In this document: positions 52,370 to 63,254 of the stretch, piece after piece
Numbering within the stretch: the first letter of the stretch is position 1
Layout: every line of letters starts with the position of its first letter
DNA from: an uncultured Verrucomicrobiae bacterium
GTDB taxonomy: Bacteria; Verrucomicrobiota; Verrucomicrobiia; Chthoniobacterales; JAFAMB01
Direction of reading: 5' to 3'
Assembly (NCBI GenBank): GCA_963762565.1
Contig: CAVXLD010000001.1
Coordinates: 1,339,331 to 1,403,330, forward strand
Length of the DNA: 64,000 bases
The notes under the pieces: generated by a model
What the model was told of the DNA's origin: nothing
The model's database searches: none
What the model saw: the letters and a program-made list of their open reading frames with translations, nothing else
Made by a program: the position numbers and the translations under genes

Positions 52370-53854
52370 CTACCCCGGAATCTCCCGCAGCATCTGGGCG
52401 TTAGTCGGGAATTTCTTCAAAAACGAAAGCAGGCGTTCGATGGCTTCGACTGGCCGATGGCCGGCCAAGCCTCGCCGGATCGTATTGATCTTCTCCAGGT
52501 CGTTAGCCGGGATCAATAATTCTTCTCGCCGAGTACCAGACTTGAAAATATCTATGGCTGGGTACACCCGCTGATCGCTGACCTGGCGGTCCAAAACCAT
52601 CTCCATATTTCCAGTACCTTTGAACTCCTGGAAGATGAGCTCATCCATCTTGGAACCGGTCTCAATCAACGCCGTGGCCATAATGGTAAGCGAACCCGCT
52701 TCTTCGGTGTTTCGAGCTGCAGCGAATAGTTTCCGTGGGATTTCCATGGCTCTTGCATCCATACCGCCGCTCATGGTGCGTCCGCTGTTCGACATCGCGT
52801 TGTTAAAGGCGCGACCGATTCGGGTCAACGAATCCATCAACACGAACGCATCTTTGCCGGCTTCCACCAAACGCTTGGCCCGCTCGATGGCCAGCTGTGC
52901 GATCCGGGTATGGCTTTTGATATCGCTATCATTCGAGCTGGCCATGATATCCGCTTGCGGGACTGTTCGCCGGATCTCGGTCACTTCCTCTGGGCGCTCG
53001 TCGACCAGCAAAATAATCAGATAAACTTCCGGATGATTCCGCACAACCGCGTCCGCGATATGCTGAAGGAGCGTGGTTTTTCCTGTGCGGGGCGGCGCCA
53101 CGATGAGTCCGCGCTGGCCTTTACCCACCGGGGTCATCAGGTCCATTACTCGGGTGGTATAACGATCCGGAACCGTTTCTAACCGAATCCGGCTCTTCGG
53201 ATTCAGCGAGGTTAGCTCTTCAAATACCGGCAAATTCCGGTATCGGTCCGGGTGTTCTTCGTTGATTTCGGTTAGCCTAAAAAGCTGCGACCCACGGCTA
53301 CCGCGCCGAATCTCACCTTTTATCCACAAGCCATCTCGTAAGGCATGTTTTCTAACCACTTCCGGGGTTACAAAAATGTCTTGGGGAGATTGAACATAAT
53401 TTCTCTTAGGATCACGCAAGAACCCGAATCCTTTGCCAGAGACTTCGATTAAGCCCTCGCCATAGACCGGTTCCGGTCGCGTCGGTTCGGTAATCGTCGC
53501 CGCCTCTGGCTGAACATTTTCTCTACCATTGTCACCGCTGATGGATGCCGGTTCCGCACTCCGTTCAATTATCGGGGTAGGATCGGATTTAGCTTCGGTA
53601 ACCACTGTATCCACTCGCGGAGCGGTTTGATGGTTACGGGGAGATTCCGGGGAGGCTTCTACCGGGGCCAGATTCAACTCGGCCTCCTGATTCTTGGCTA
53701 CCGGTTTCTTGACCCGCCTAGCACCAGTCTTGCCGCTGGTTGTCTTCTTGTTAGTCGCCGCGGCCGCTGCTCGAGCCCGTTTCACCTTTTTCTCGGGTGT
53801 AACTTCCTCACTAACGACTGCCGACTGCTCATCTAAGTCTGCCATAACATCCAA
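52370..53854 (-). CDS. rho: Transcription termination factor Rho with long N-terminal extension
   Basis: GFGFLR, GKGQRGLIVAPPRTGKT, DERPEEVT, EFKGTGNME and SGTRREELL motifs. Confidence 0.98.
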   Translation of the reverse strand: MDVMADLDEQSAVVSEEVTPEKKVKRARAAAAATNKKTTSGKTGARRVKKPVAKNQEAELNLAPVEASPESPRNHQTAPRVDTVVTEAKSDPTPIIERSAEPASISGDNGRENVQPEAATITEPTRPEPVYGEGLIEVSGKGFGFLRDPKRNYVQSPQDIFVTPEVVRKHALRDGLWIKGEIRRGSRGSQLFRLTEINEEHPDRYRNLPVFEELTSLNPKSRIRLETVPDRYTTRVMDLMTPVGKGQRGLIVAPPRTGKTTLLQHIADAVVRNHPEVYLIILLVDERPEEVTEIRRTVPQADIMASSNDSDIKSHTRIAQLAIERAKRLVEAGKDAFVLMDSLTRIGRAFNNAMSNSGRTMSGGMDARAMEIPRKLFAAARNTEEAGSLTIMATALIETGSKMDELIFQEFKGTGNMEMVLDRQVSDQRVYPAIDIFKSGTRREELLIPANDLEKINTIRRGLAGHRPVEAIERLLSFLKKFPTNAQMLREIPG

Positions 53855-53894
53855 CGAAATTTTCCTTAATTCAGTTCTAAATCGAGTCTAACTC

Positions 53895-54644
53895 TTAGTC
53901 CGCCAGCTTGGTTGCTAACTCCTCGGAGATATCGAAATTGCCGTGTACATTTTGAACATCATCATTCTCTTCTAGCGTTTCACAGAGACGAATAATTTGT
54001 TCGGCCAGAGCCTGCTCATGAATGGTGACGGTAGTTTCAGGAACGAAAGTTAGTTTTTGTGAATCGATCGGTATAGCGTTTTGCCGGATCGCTTCTCCGA
54101 CCGTATAAAGGTGATCTGGTGAAGTCGTGACGATATGAAATTCATCGTCTGAGGCCAAATCTTCTGCGCCGGCCTCAAGCACAATTTCCAACAAACGATC
54201 TTCTTCGGCCGACTCCTTTGGCACAGTGAGTTGACCTTTCCTTTTGAACAAATAAGCGACGGCTCCGGAGGCTGCCAGGTTTCCGTGATTCTTACTAAAA
54301 ATACTGCGAATATCCTGTGCTGTCCGATTTTTATTATCGGTTGCCGCCTCTACTAGGAGAGCCAGACCGCCGGGGCCGTAACCTTCATAGACCAGTTCCT
54401 CGACCATTCCGCCGCCAATTTCGCCGGTTCCCTTCTTGATCGCTCGTTCTATCGTGTCATTAGGCATGTTTTGGGCGCGAGCGGCTAGCACCGCCGATCT
54501 CAGGCGCGGATTCAAATCGATACCGCCGCCCGTTCGAGCAGCTACCATGATTTCTTTTGAGAGTTTGCTAAAAAGTTTGCCGCGTTTCGCGTCGAGAGCG
54601 CCCTTAAAGCGCTTAACTTTAGACCACTTGCTATGACCCGCCAT
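53895..54644 (-). CDS. yebC: YebC/PmpR family protein
   Basis: MAGHSKW, NPRLR, YEGYGPGG and TDNKNRT motifs. Confidence 0.95.
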   Translation of the reverse strand: MAGHSKWSKVKRFKGALDAKRGKLFSKLSKEIMVAARTGGGIDLNPRLRSAVLAARAQNMPNDTIERAIKKGTGEIGGGMVEELVYEGYGPGGLALLVEAATDNKNRTAQDIRSIFSKNHGNLAASGAVAYLFKRKGQLTVPKESAEEDRLLEIVLEAGAEDLASDDEFHIVTTSPDHLYTVGEAIRQNAIPIDSQKLTFVPETTVTIHEQALAEQIIRLCETLEENDDVQNVHGNFDISEELATKLAD

Positions 54645-54816
54645 AGATTCGGGCAAAAATAGATTGAGGACAGGGTTAAAAAGGTTCAGCAATTCCGCGC
54701 CTCTGACCGATGAGGAGACAACAGCCTGGTGAAAAAACGCCGGCTGGCGCGTTAATCTGCGATGCGACATACAACCCTATGCCCGCGGCTTTGTCAAGAG
54801 CGCTGGCTTCGCCACC

Positions 54817-54984
54817 AAATCGTACTCGTCCATTCGTCGTCGTCCTCGAGGCCCGAGGCCGAGGGACGCTCCAGCACAAGTCAACCACGCCGAATTCAAT
54901 CTTTCCGCCGTCGAACGAGAGGCCTCTGTAGAGCCAAGCCAAGCCTTCGAGGACGAGGACGACGACGAAGGACGAGTACGATTT
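54817..54984. repeat. Inverted hexamer arrays between typA and yebC
   Basis: AAATCGTACTCGTCCATTCGTCGTCGTCCTCGA ... TCGAGGACGAGGACGACGACGAAGGACGAGTACGATTT. Confidence 0.88.
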
Positions 54985-54995
54985 ATCGCGGCCGG

Positions 54996-56816
54996 CTAGA
55001 CTGCTACTTTCTGGGGGCTAGCAGCCCGTTTCCGGGCGATCGACTGCAAAATCTTCTTTCGTAACCGAAGATTTCTCGGGGTTACTTCCACGAACTCGTC
55101 CTGGGTAATGTACTCGAGAGCGCGCTCTAAGCTCATCTTTAAAGGCGGCGCCAGCTGAATGCCTTTTCCGTCCCCTTGGCTTCGCATATTGGTGAGATGC
55201 TTTGCTTTACAAGGATTAACGGTCAAATCGTCGGGTCGAGCGTTTTCCCCTACGATCATTCCCTCGTACACTTCTTCTTGTGGACCGATAAAGAGCCTGC
55301 CTCGCTCCTGAACGTTATTGAGGGCGTAGGCGGTCGATCCCCCTCCTTCCATTGCCACCAATACACCGTTTGACCGGCTGGAGATTTCTCCCTTGTATGA
55401 CCCGTATTCCTTGAAGATATGGCTCATTGAGCCGAGACCGCGTGTAATATTCACCAGGTCTGTCTCGAAACCGATCAACCCCCGCGTCGGAATCACGACC
55501 TCGACCAGAACGCTGTGCGGGTGATGGCTCATATTGACGATTTCAGCTTTCCTGCCCGCCAACGACTGGAGAATGTCGCCTAAGTTGTCATTTGGTACGT
55601 CGACGTACAGCGTCTCCAAAGGCTCAAGGAGCTCGCCTTGAGCGTTCCGGTGGTAGATGACTTCCGGACGCGACACCAGCAATTCAAAGCCTTCGCGGCG
55701 CATTTGCTCAACCAGGATCGCGATCTGCATCTCGCCTCGCGCGCTCACGGTGAAAACTCCGGCCACCTCAGTTTCCTCAAATTGCAAAGACACATTGGTC
55801 CGGCACTCGCGCACCAAGCGCTCTTTGATGTGGCGAGCCGTCAGGAATTTTCCCTCTCTACCGGCTAACGGCGAATCGTTAACCACGAAATTCATTTGGA
55901 TCGTAGGAGGATCGATGTCCATAAACTCGACGGCTGGGCGTTCTTCCTTATCGGTAATGGTTTCACCGATCGCTACCTCTTCAAAGCCAGCCAACCCGAT
56001 AATATCGCCGGCGCCCGCATGTTTTATCTCAACCCGTTCCAAGCCTTCATGGCCGAACAACGCGGTCACAGTAGCGCGCTCCCGGCGGCCGTCCTTGTGG
56101 ATCAGAACCGAGGAATCGCCAACCGAGATCCGGCCGCTAATAATCCGGCCAAAGGCAAGACGGCCCAGGTAATCGCTGTAATCCAGATTCGAGACCGGCA
56201 TTTGGAAATAGGTCTCTTTCGCCACTGGTGGAGGCGGGATCTGTTTGATGATCGCCTCGAACAGAGGCTCCATATCCTTATGGGGCTCTTCAATATCGCG
56301 AATGGCGTATCCCTCCTTCGCGCTGGCGTAAATCACCGGGAAATCAAGCTGCTCATCGGTGGCGTTTAGCTCGACGAAAAGATCGAAGACCATGTCCAAC
56401 ACTTTGTGTGGGCGCGCGTTTTCTCGATCGATCTTATTGATCACCACGATGGGCTGGGCATGGTTCTGCAGTGCCTTACGCAACACAAATTTTGTTTGTG
56501 CTTGCGGTCCATCATGAGAATCGACCACTAAAAGCACGCCATCAACCATCTTCATGATGCGTTCGACCTCGCCCCCAAAATCCGCGTGGCCGGGCGTATC
56601 CACAATATTGACGTGATAGCCGTGGTACCTGAACGCCGCGTTCTTGGCCTTGATGGTGATGCCTTTTTCGCGCTCGAGATCCATCGAGTCCATGACTCGT
56701 TCCTCGACCTTTTGGTTGGCGCGAAAGGTGCCCGATTGCCGAAGCAATTGATCAACTAAAGTGGTTTTACCGTGATCAACGTGCGCAATAATTGCGATGT
56801 TCCGAATCTTATCCAT
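54996..56816 (-). CDS. typA: Translational GTPase TypA/BipA
   Basis: IAHVDHGKTT, DTPGHADFGGEVER, EQMRREGFE and K.LTNMRS motifs. Confidence 0.98.
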   Translation of the reverse strand: MDKIRNIAIIAHVDHGKTTLVDQLLRQSGTFRANQKVEERVMDSMDLEREKGITIKAKNAAFRYHGYHVNIVDTPGHADFGGEVERIMKMVDGVLLVVDSHDGPQAQTKFVLRKALQNHAQPIVVINKIDRENARPHKVLDMVFDLFVELNATDEQLDFPVIYASAKEGYAIRDIEEPHKDMEPLFEAIIKQIPPPPVAKETYFQMPVSNLDYSDYLGRLAFGRIISGRISVGDSSVLIHKDGRRERATVTALFGHEGLERVEIKHAGAGDIIGLAGFEEVAIGETITDKEERPAVEFMDIDPPTIQMNFVVNDSPLAGREGKFLTARHIKERLVRECRTNVSLQFEETEVAGVFTVSARGEMQIAILVEQMRREGFELLVSRPEVIYHRNAQGELLEPLETLYVDVPNDNLGDILQSLAGRKAEIVNMSHHPHSVLVEVVIPTRGLIGFETDLVNITRGLGSMSHIFKEYGSYKGEISSRSNGVLVAMEGGGSTAYALNNVQERGRLFIGPQEEVYEGMIVGENARPDDLTVNPCKAKHLTNMRSQGDGKGIQLAPPLKMSLERALEYITQDEFVEVTPRNLRLRKKILQSIARKRAASPQKVAV

Positions 56817-56899
56817 AGTCCCCCCCGGGAGTGGGGAAGATGATCGTAGAGGAGGCTCTCGTCAATGGGCTTCATCAGCGCCCTCCTTAAGATGACACA

Positions 56900-57793
56900 T
56901 CATACCATGAGTTCAGTGATTGAGCGCATCCCCAGTGACGGTTCTTCGGTATCAACCACCAAGCCGCGAGGCGCGCCGTAATCAGACCCGACGTTGACTC
57001 CAGCAAAGCCGCTCAAATCGAGAGGTCCTGCCGCCCGATGGGTGTGCCCGCACACTAAACCAGCGATTCGGGTCGAATAAGGTCGCAACATTTCGCCCAT
57101 CGCCCGGTTGCCCAAATACGCTCGGAAAAAGGCGCGAATCGGCGGGTTTTCCGGGTCAAGCATCGAGGAATCCGGAATCCCCAAAAGCTCTTCAAACGGG
57201 GGAGTATGCAGCGTTATAAAAATCCGGGCAGAATCCGTTGCCAAGATCCTGGCTTGGACAGCTTCCACCTGCGCATGAGCAACTGTGAGAACATCCGCTG
57301 ACCTTGGCATCCAATCGAAGTCGCGCCAACGAAGTGTCGTATCGATCGGCGGCCGGCCACGTAAATAATGGTCGCGGGTGACAATTTTCCCCTCGTAGCG
57401 TAGCTCGGGAACGGCGAAACCGAGATCGTAATGGCCGTAGCCTCCCACGAATACTAGTTCCTCAAAGCAGAAATTCTCTTGGTCCAGCAGCGTCACGTCG
57501 TATCGCTGGGCTGGAGTTTGCCAGAACTGTTCCAAGGTCGCTCCCAAGGTTCTACACCCAGCAGCGGCGCCACCCCAGAAATCATGGTTACCAAGCACAA
57601 CGATGATGGGCCCATGAGGAAAAAGGCGGCGAAGTTCGCACAGGGCCGTATCCGCCTCAGCCGCCACCGCTAGATCTCCTGCGATCAGCAGTGCGTCAGG
57701 GCCCGCCTCCCGCACCCATCGGGCGAGCGTGGCAAGCACGATCGGGCGCCAGACCCGGACGAGGTGGAGATCAGCGGTAACCAGCAGCTTCAT
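56900..57793 (-). CDS. Calcineurin-like metallophosphoesterase
   Basis: ADLH, AGD, GNHD and GHTH motifs. Confidence 0.88.
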   Translation of the reverse strand: MKLLVTADLHLVRVWRPIVLATLARWVREAGPDALLIAGDLAVAAEADTALCELRRLFPHGPIIVVLGNHDFWGGAAAGCRTLGATLEQFWQTPAQRYDVTLLDQENFCFEELVFVGGYGHYDLGFAVPELRYEGKIVTRDHYLRGRPPIDTTLRWRDFDWMPRSADVLTVAHAQVEAVQARILATDSARIFITLHTPPFEELLGIPDSSMLDPENPPIRAFFRAYLGNRAMGEMLRPYSTRIAGLVCGHTHRAAGPLDLSGFAGVNVGSDYGAPRGLVVDTEEPSLGMRSITELMV

Positions 57794-57800
57794 TGTGAAT

Positions 57801-57934
57801 AATAGCCGATCGCCAATAGCCGATCGCCAATAAAACTATTCCCCGAGCAACTTCTACCCATCGAATTCATTTCGTGGCGCAGGCCGAGCGCCATTTTTCT
57901 CGCTTTGCGCATTGGCTATCGGCTATTGGCTATT
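57801..57934. repeat. Empty AATAGCC-type inverted heptamer element; right arm contains the rdgB stop
   Basis: AATAGCC GATCGCC AATAGCC GATCGCC AATA ... ATTGGCTATCGGCTATTGGCTATT. Confidence 0.9.
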
Positions 57935-58517
57935 CGTTCTGTAAGAACGCCACCGCTTGCGCGAGTGCCCGGGCGCGATGGCTGAGAGTGTTTTTTATTT
58001 CACTCGGCAATTCCGCGAAGGTCTGATTGTAGCCGGCCGGGATGAACATCGAATCGTAGCCGAATCCCTGGTCGCCACGCTCGAAAGCGACCACGATTCC
58101 CTCCACCGTACCCGAAAACGAGCCCAGTATCTCGCCGTTGCTGGCCAGAACCATCTCACATTGAAAACGAGCCGGGAATTCTTGAGCTGGTAGCGTCTTC
58201 AACCGCCCGATGAGCTTTTGGCGGTTCTGCGCGTCTGTGGCTCCTTCGCCCGCGAATCGCGCGGAATACGCCCCTGGCTCTCCATTCAACGCATCGACGG
58301 TCAAACCGGAATCATCAGCTAAAACCAGGTCTGAAAACGCCTCAGAGATAGCGACCGCCTTCAGAGCCGCGTTCTCAGCGAAAGTTGAACCGGTTTCATC
58401 TACTTTGGGCGCGTTTGCCATGGCGGTGAGATCGCGAACCTCCCACGCGGGACCCAACATTTGACCGATTTCCTTTGTCTTATGTGTGTTCCAGGTTGCA
58501 ACTAAAAGTGTTTGCAT
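57930..58517 (-). CDS. rdgB: Non-canonical purine NTP pyrophosphatase (RdgB/HAM1)
   Basis: AT.N.HK..E, ADDSGL.VDALNG.PG.YSAR, GFGYD and SHR motifs. Confidence 0.95.
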   Translation of the reverse strand: MQTLLVATWNTHKTKEIGQMLGPAWEVRDLTAMANAPKVDETGSTFAENAALKAVAISEAFSDLVLADDSGLTVDALNGEPGAYSARFAGEGATDAQNRQKLIGRLKTLPAQEFPARFQCEMVLASNGEILGSFSGTVEGIVVAFERGDQGFGYDSMFIPAGYNQTFAELPSEIKNTLSHRARALAQAVAFLQNE

Positions 58518-58563
58518 CGTGACATGACACCCCGAAAGTTGCTCCTCCCGGGTCACAAAACAA

Positions 58564-61158
58564 ATGAGTGAGAGACGAAAACAGTATCCATTCTCCGATT
58601 TCGAGCCGAAGTGGCAACACCTTTGGGAAGAGCAAAAGACTTTCCAGGTCGCTAACCCAGGTGAACCGGGCTTCGATCCGGCGAGACCGAAGTTTTACGT
58701 GCTGGATATGTTCCCTTATCCCAGTGGGGAGGGGCTTCACGTTGGACATCCGGAGGGCTATTCAGCAACTGATATTCTCTCTCGCTACAAACGGATGCGA
58801 GGGTTCAATGTTCTGCATCCAATGGGTTGGGACGCGTTTGGGCTCCCAGCCGAACAGTTTGCGATCAAGACCGGCCAACACCCTTCCGTAGCGACCGCAC
58901 AAAACGTCGCCCGGTTTAAGCAACAGCTGACCCGGATCGGCCTCAGTTTCGATTGGAGCCGGGAGATCAATACAACTGATCCCGGCTATTTTCGTTGGAC
59001 CCAGTGGATTTTCCTGCAGCTATATAACTCCTGGTTCGATCCCATCAAAAAGAAGGCACGACCAATCGCTGACTTGGAAGCGGAACGAAAAGCGACTCAT
59101 TCGGAAGAATCCGCTGAGGCCCGGCGAGAGTATCTGGATCAACACCGTCTAGCCTATGTTGCCGAGGCGCCGGTCAATTGGTGTCCTCAGTTAGGTACGG
59201 TCCTAGCCAATGAAGAGGTGGTCGACGGTAAAAGCGAGGTCGGCGGGTTTCCGGTGATTCGCCGCCCGATGCGCCAATGGATGTTGCGCATCACAGCATA
59301 TGCGGATCGTCTGGTGGACGAGCTCGCCGGACTAGATTGGCCCGAATCAATCAAATTGCTGCAACGAAACTGGATTGGACGAAGTGAAGGCGCAGAGGTT
59401 GATTTCCGGATCCCGCGACGAAAGGCGAAGATCACCGTTTTCACTACTCGCCCAGATACCCTGTTTGGCGCCACCTACATGGTGTTAGCGCCGGAGCACG
59501 AGTTGGTGGATAAAATTACCACGGCTCCTCAGCGTGCTGCCGTTGACGCCTACCGAGCCGAGGTCGCGCAAAAGTCAGACTTGGAAAGGACAAACCTAGC
59601 CAAGGAAAAGACGGGAGTTTTTACCGGCGGGTTCGCGATTAATCCTGTCAACGACCAAAAGATTCCGATCTGGATCGCGGATTACGTTCTTTCCAGCTAC
59701 GGCACGGGGGCCATCATGGCCGTTCCCGCACATGACGAGCGCGATTTCGAGTTTGCGCAAAAGTTCGGCCTCGAGATCCGTCAAGTGATCGAGCCGCCAA
59801 GCCCCGTTGAAGGGTGTTTCGCCGGTTCCGGAACTGCCATTAACTCTGATTTCTTAAATGGACTGCCCACCGACGAAGCTAAGGCTAAGGTTATCGATTG
59901 GCTGCAAGAGCGCGAGTTAGGGAAGAGGTCGGTAAACTACAAACTGCGGGACTGGCTGTTTTCCAGGCAACGTTACTGGGGCGAACCGTTCCCCATCGTT
60001 TGGCGAAACAGCCGTCATGAGGCGCTTACTGAGGCCGATCTTCCGGTAATTCCTCCGCCACTGGAGGATTATCGACCAACGGGCACGATCGAGCCGCCGC
60101 TTTCGAAAGCGAAGGACTGGGTCGAGCTCTCGGACGGTGCCCGGCGAGAACTGAACACGATGCCGCAGTGGGCCGGGTCCTGCTGGTATTATCTGCGTTA
60201 CATTTCGCCTGGCGATCAACAGCGATTCGTAGACGCAGAGGCTGAACGCTATTGGATGGGCGGCGGGAAGCCCGGTGGAGTCGATCTTTACGTAGGTGGA
60301 ACCGAGCATGCCGTTTTGCATCTGTTGTACGCGCGATTTTGGCATAAAGCCCTGTTTGATCTGGGGTATGTATCCACCGTTGAACCCTTTCAACGGTTAG
60401 TTAACCAGGGAATGATCCTCGGCGAAGATAACCAGAAGATGTCCAAAAGCCGGGGTAACGTGATCAGCCCGGATGAAATCATCGGCGAGTACGGCGCGGA
60501 CTCACTGCGTCTGTACGAGATGTTCATGGGACCGCTCGAAGCGACGAAACCGTGGAGCATGGCCGGCGTCGAAGGAGTCTACCGATTCCTGGCCAGGGTG
60601 TGGCGCCTCGCCATGATCGAGAACCAGGAAGGAACCTGGGAAATGTCGCCGAATTTGAGCGAGGTTGAGCCGGATCCACAACAAAACAAGGTCATTCATG
60701 TCACCATCAAGAAGGTCACCGAAGACATCGAATCTTTGGCCTTCAACACGGCGATCTCCCAGATGATGATCTATGTTAACACCTTCACCACCGCCGACCG
60801 GCGGCCGGTAACGGCGTTGCGCACGTTGTTGATTTTGCTGAATCCGTTCGCTCCTCATTTGTCCGAGGAGCTCTGGCAACGGCTAGGCCAACGGTTCTCA
60901 ATTTTCTCCGGGCAAATTTCTCAACAACCTTGGCCGGTCTGGGATGCCGCTTATTTGATCGAGGACGAGGTAGAAATTATCGTCCAAGTGAACGGGAAGC
61001 TTCGGGACAAGATCGCCGTTCGCAAGGATCTCGATAACAAGACTCTGGAAGAGTTGGCCTTGGCTGCCCCGAAAGTCAAAGAGAGTACGGCCGGTAAAAC
61101 CGTTCGAAAAATTGTGATTGTACCGAACCGGGTAGTGAACGTGGTGGTAAGCCAGTAG
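58564..61158 (+). CDS. leuS: Leucine--tRNA ligase
   Basis: MFPYPSG.GLHVGH, FTTRPDT editing domain, KMSKS and C-terminal QVNGKLR. Confidence 0.99.
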   Translation: MSERRKQYPFSDFEPKWQHLWEEQKTFQVANPGEPGFDPARPKFYVLDMFPYPSGEGLHVGHPEGYSATDILSRYKRMRGFNVLHPMGWDAFGLPAEQFAIKTGQHPSVATAQNVARFKQQLTRIGLSFDWSREINTTDPGYFRWTQWIFLQLYNSWFDPIKKKARPIADLEAERKATHSEESAEARREYLDQHRLAYVAEAPVNWCPQLGTVLANEEVVDGKSEVGGFPVIRRPMRQWMLRITAYADRLVDELAGLDWPESIKLLQRNWIGRSEGAEVDFRIPRRKAKITVFTTRPDTLFGATYMVLAPEHELVDKITTAPQRAAVDAYRAEVAQKSDLERTNLAKEKTGVFTGGFAINPVNDQKIPIWIADYVLSSYGTGAIMAVPAHDERDFEFAQKFGLEIRQVIEPPSPVEGCFAGSGTAINSDFLNGLPTDEAKAKVIDWLQERELGKRSVNYKLRDWLFSRQRYWGEPFPIVWRNSRHEALTEADLPVIPPPLEDYRPTGTIEPPLSKAKDWVELSDGARRELNTMPQWAGSCWYYLRYISPGDQQRFVDAEAERYWMGGGKPGGVDLYVGGTEHAVLHLLYARFWHKALFDLGYVSTVEPFQRLVNQGMILGEDNQKMSKSRGNVISPDEIIGEYGADSLRLYEMFMGPLEATKPWSMAGVEGVYRFLARVWRLAMIENQEGTWEMSPNLSEVEPDPQQNKVIHVTIKKVTEDIESLAFNTAISQMMIYVNTFTTADRRPVTALRTLLILLNPFAPHLSEELWQRLGQRFSIFSGQISQQPWPVWDAAYLIEDEVEIIVQVNGKLRDKIAVRKDLDNKTLEELALAAPKVKESTAGKTVRKIVIVPNRVVNVVVSQ

Positions 61159-61164
61159 CGCCCG

Positions 61165-61281
61165 GGAGGGATCGCGTCCTCGCGATCCGCCGTCTCGACG
61201 ACCAGCGTGTTCCGAACCCAGGGTTACTCGACGCTAATTGCGCTGCTCCGTCTTCCCGGCGCGCGGGGACGCGCGCCCTCC
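61165..61281. mobile_element. GGAG-type REP doublet (REPIN), family B
   Basis: GGAG-GGATCGCG-TCCT-CGCGATCC ... GGCGCGCG-GGGA-CGCGCGCC-CTCC. Confidence 0.85.
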
Positions 61282-61340
61282 CAGGGTGGGCCACGCCGCA
61301 GCTTGCCCCTTGTTCTTTCCTACGCGAAGTAGACGTCTCT

Positions 61341-62132
61341 ATGGGACCGTTAACTGACTACCACGTGCACACGCCTCTGTGCCGGCACGCGGAGGGAACC
61401 CCGGCAGAGTTTATCGAAGCAGCGAAACGGGCGGGCCTGGTTGAGATCGGTTTCGCTGATCACAACCCCATGCCCGAACCTTTCGATGACTGGCGCATGA
61501 CTTATGAGGAGCTTCCGCGCTACTTCGATTTTGTGGCGAAAGCGCGCGCATCCGGATTCCCCGTCCGGCTCGGCCTGGAATGCGATTTTATTCCGGGGCG
61601 CGAAAGCTGGATTGAGACACTGGCCGGATTAGCGCAATGGGATTACCTGATCGGTAGCGTCCATTATCTTAGTTCTGGCTGGGACGTGGACAATCCCAAG
61701 CACCTATTTCGGTTCACTGAAGATTCGGTGGAATCGATCTGGGACCGGTACTGGGAGCTTTTTGTTCAGTGTGTCCGCAGTGGACTCTTCGATTTTGTTG
61801 CCCATCCGGATTTACCTAAGAAATTCGGCCACCGGCCGAAAGGCGACCTAGGTCGTTATTACGAGCCGGCAATTCAAGCGCTGCATGAGGCCAATGTCGC
61901 TTTTGAGATCAACACCGCCGGACTGCGTAAGCCAGCAAACGAGGTTTATCCGGCCCAACAGTTTCTGGAACTGGCTGCTAAAGCCGGTATCCCGCTGGTC
62001 ATTAATTCGGATTCGCATTCACCTGCTGAAATTGGGGCCGGGTTCGACGTAGCGGCCGCTCGTGCCAGGGAAGCCGGTTACCGCGAAGTGGTTCGGTGGG
62101 TGGGGCGAAGACGTTCCGCGGTGGAACTTTGA
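61341..62132 (+). CDS. PHP-family histidinol-phosphatase (HisJ-like)
   Basis: DYHVHT, DHNP, GSVHY, HPDL, EINTAG and NSDSH motifs. Confidence 0.88.
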   Translation: MGPLTDYHVHTPLCRHAEGTPAEFIEAAKRAGLVEIGFADHNPMPEPFDDWRMTYEELPRYFDFVAKARASGFPVRLGLECDFIPGRESWIETLAGLAQWDYLIGSVHYLSSGWDVDNPKHLFRFTEDSVESIWDRYWELFVQCVRSGLFDFVAHPDLPKKFGHRPKGDLGRYYEPAIQALHEANVAFEINTAGLRKPANEVYPAQQFLELAAKAGIPLVINSDSHSPAEIGAGFDVAAARAREAGYREVVRWVGRRRSAVEL

Positions 62133-62183
62133 GGGGCGGGTGTCAGGCGCGCCAAGTCCTCCGGTCACGGCTGGGACTAGAAT

Positions 62184-62267
62184 ATGACAGATGACAGATG
62201 ACAGATGACAGATCGACCAACCGGGGTGGCTGCTGGAATTTGTCATTTGTCATTTGTCATCTGTCAT
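62184..62267. repeat. Inverted heptamer arrays (ATGACAG)x4 ... (YTGTCAT)x4
   Basis: Directly visible; 24-bp spacer. Confidence 0.95.
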
Positions 62268-62323
62268 TCTCGATAGGCTCTATGTGACTTATGTAACGTA
62301 GTGGCGTACAACGACCCGCTAAG

Positions 62324-63202
62324 ATGCTCCTTAAAACATTGCGTCATGAGGTATCGTTCCCGCGCCGGCCTTTAGTGATGGGCATTGTGAACATCAATGA
62401 TGATTCGTTTTCTGGGGACGGCAGTTTGGACGTAGGCCAGGCAATCGCTCAGGCCCGATGCTTAGTCAGCGACGGCGCCGACATCATTGATGTTGGCGGC
62501 GAAAGCGCCCGTACAAATCGCGGCCCGATCTCTGTCGCGGAGGAAATCTCGCGCGTAACACCGTTTGTGACCAGATTCGCGGAGTGCCACGCGGCCGTTA
62601 CTCCGGTTGATAGCGAACAGATTTTTCCTCCCATGCTCTCTTTGAATACGTGGCGACCAGGTGTGCTTCGCGCTTTGCTCCCGCTCGGAATCGACATCAT
62701 CAATGATATTGGCGCGCTAGCCGGCAATGAGAACGCGGCGGCGGCGGCAGAATACGGAGCAGCTCTAGTAATTATGCATTCGGTGGGCGAACCAAAGGTG
62801 CCTCACTTCCACGTCCAGTACGCCGATATCATGGAAACGTTGGACGATTTCTTTGCGCGCAAAATCGCAGAGGCAACTAAAGCCGGCTTATCCCGAGAAG
62901 CGATCATTCTTGACCCAGGGATCGACTTTGCCAAACAGCGCCCCGACAATCTCCGGATTTTCCGGGAGCTAGGCCGCTTGACTCGGTTTGAGCGATTGAT
63001 TCTTTTACCGGTATCACGTAAGACCGTCATCGGAGAGGTTCTCGATCTGCCGGACCCTAAAGACCGTGATGCTGGAACCATGGCCTGCGTGGTGGCCGGC
63101 ATTCAGCATGGAGCAGGCATTTTCCGGGTTCATAATGTCAACGCAACCAGTCTAGCTGTTCGAACCATCTGGTCGGTGTTAGAAGGGACGACGCTTCCAT
63201 AG
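62324..63202 (+). CDS. folP: Dihydropteroate synthase
   Basis: MGIVNIN.DSFSGDG, DVGGESAR, IND, LDPGIDF.K, SRK and RVHNV motifs. Confidence 0.95.
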   Translation: MLLKTLRHEVSFPRRPLVMGIVNINDDSFSGDGSLDVGQAIAQARCLVSDGADIIDVGGESARTNRGPISVAEEISRVTPFVTRFAECHAAVTPVDSEQIFPPMLSLNTWRPGVLRALLPLGIDIINDIGALAGNENAAAAAEYGAALVIMHSVGEPKVPHFHVQYADIMETLDDFFARKIAEATKAGLSREAIILDPGIDFAKQRPDNLRIFRELGRLTRFERLILLPVSRKTVIGEVLDLPDPKDRDAGTMACVVAGIQHGAGIFRVHNVNATSLAVRTIWSVLEGTTLP

Positions 63203-63219
63203 AGAAGGCGAAGCCGATC

Positions 63220-63254
63220 CCACCAATCACTAATCACCAATCACCTCTCACACC
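63220..63254. repeat. Heptamer array (TCACCAA-type); contains the UDG stop codon
   Basis: CCACCAA TCACTAA TCACCAA TCACCTC TCACACC. Confidence 0.75.
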
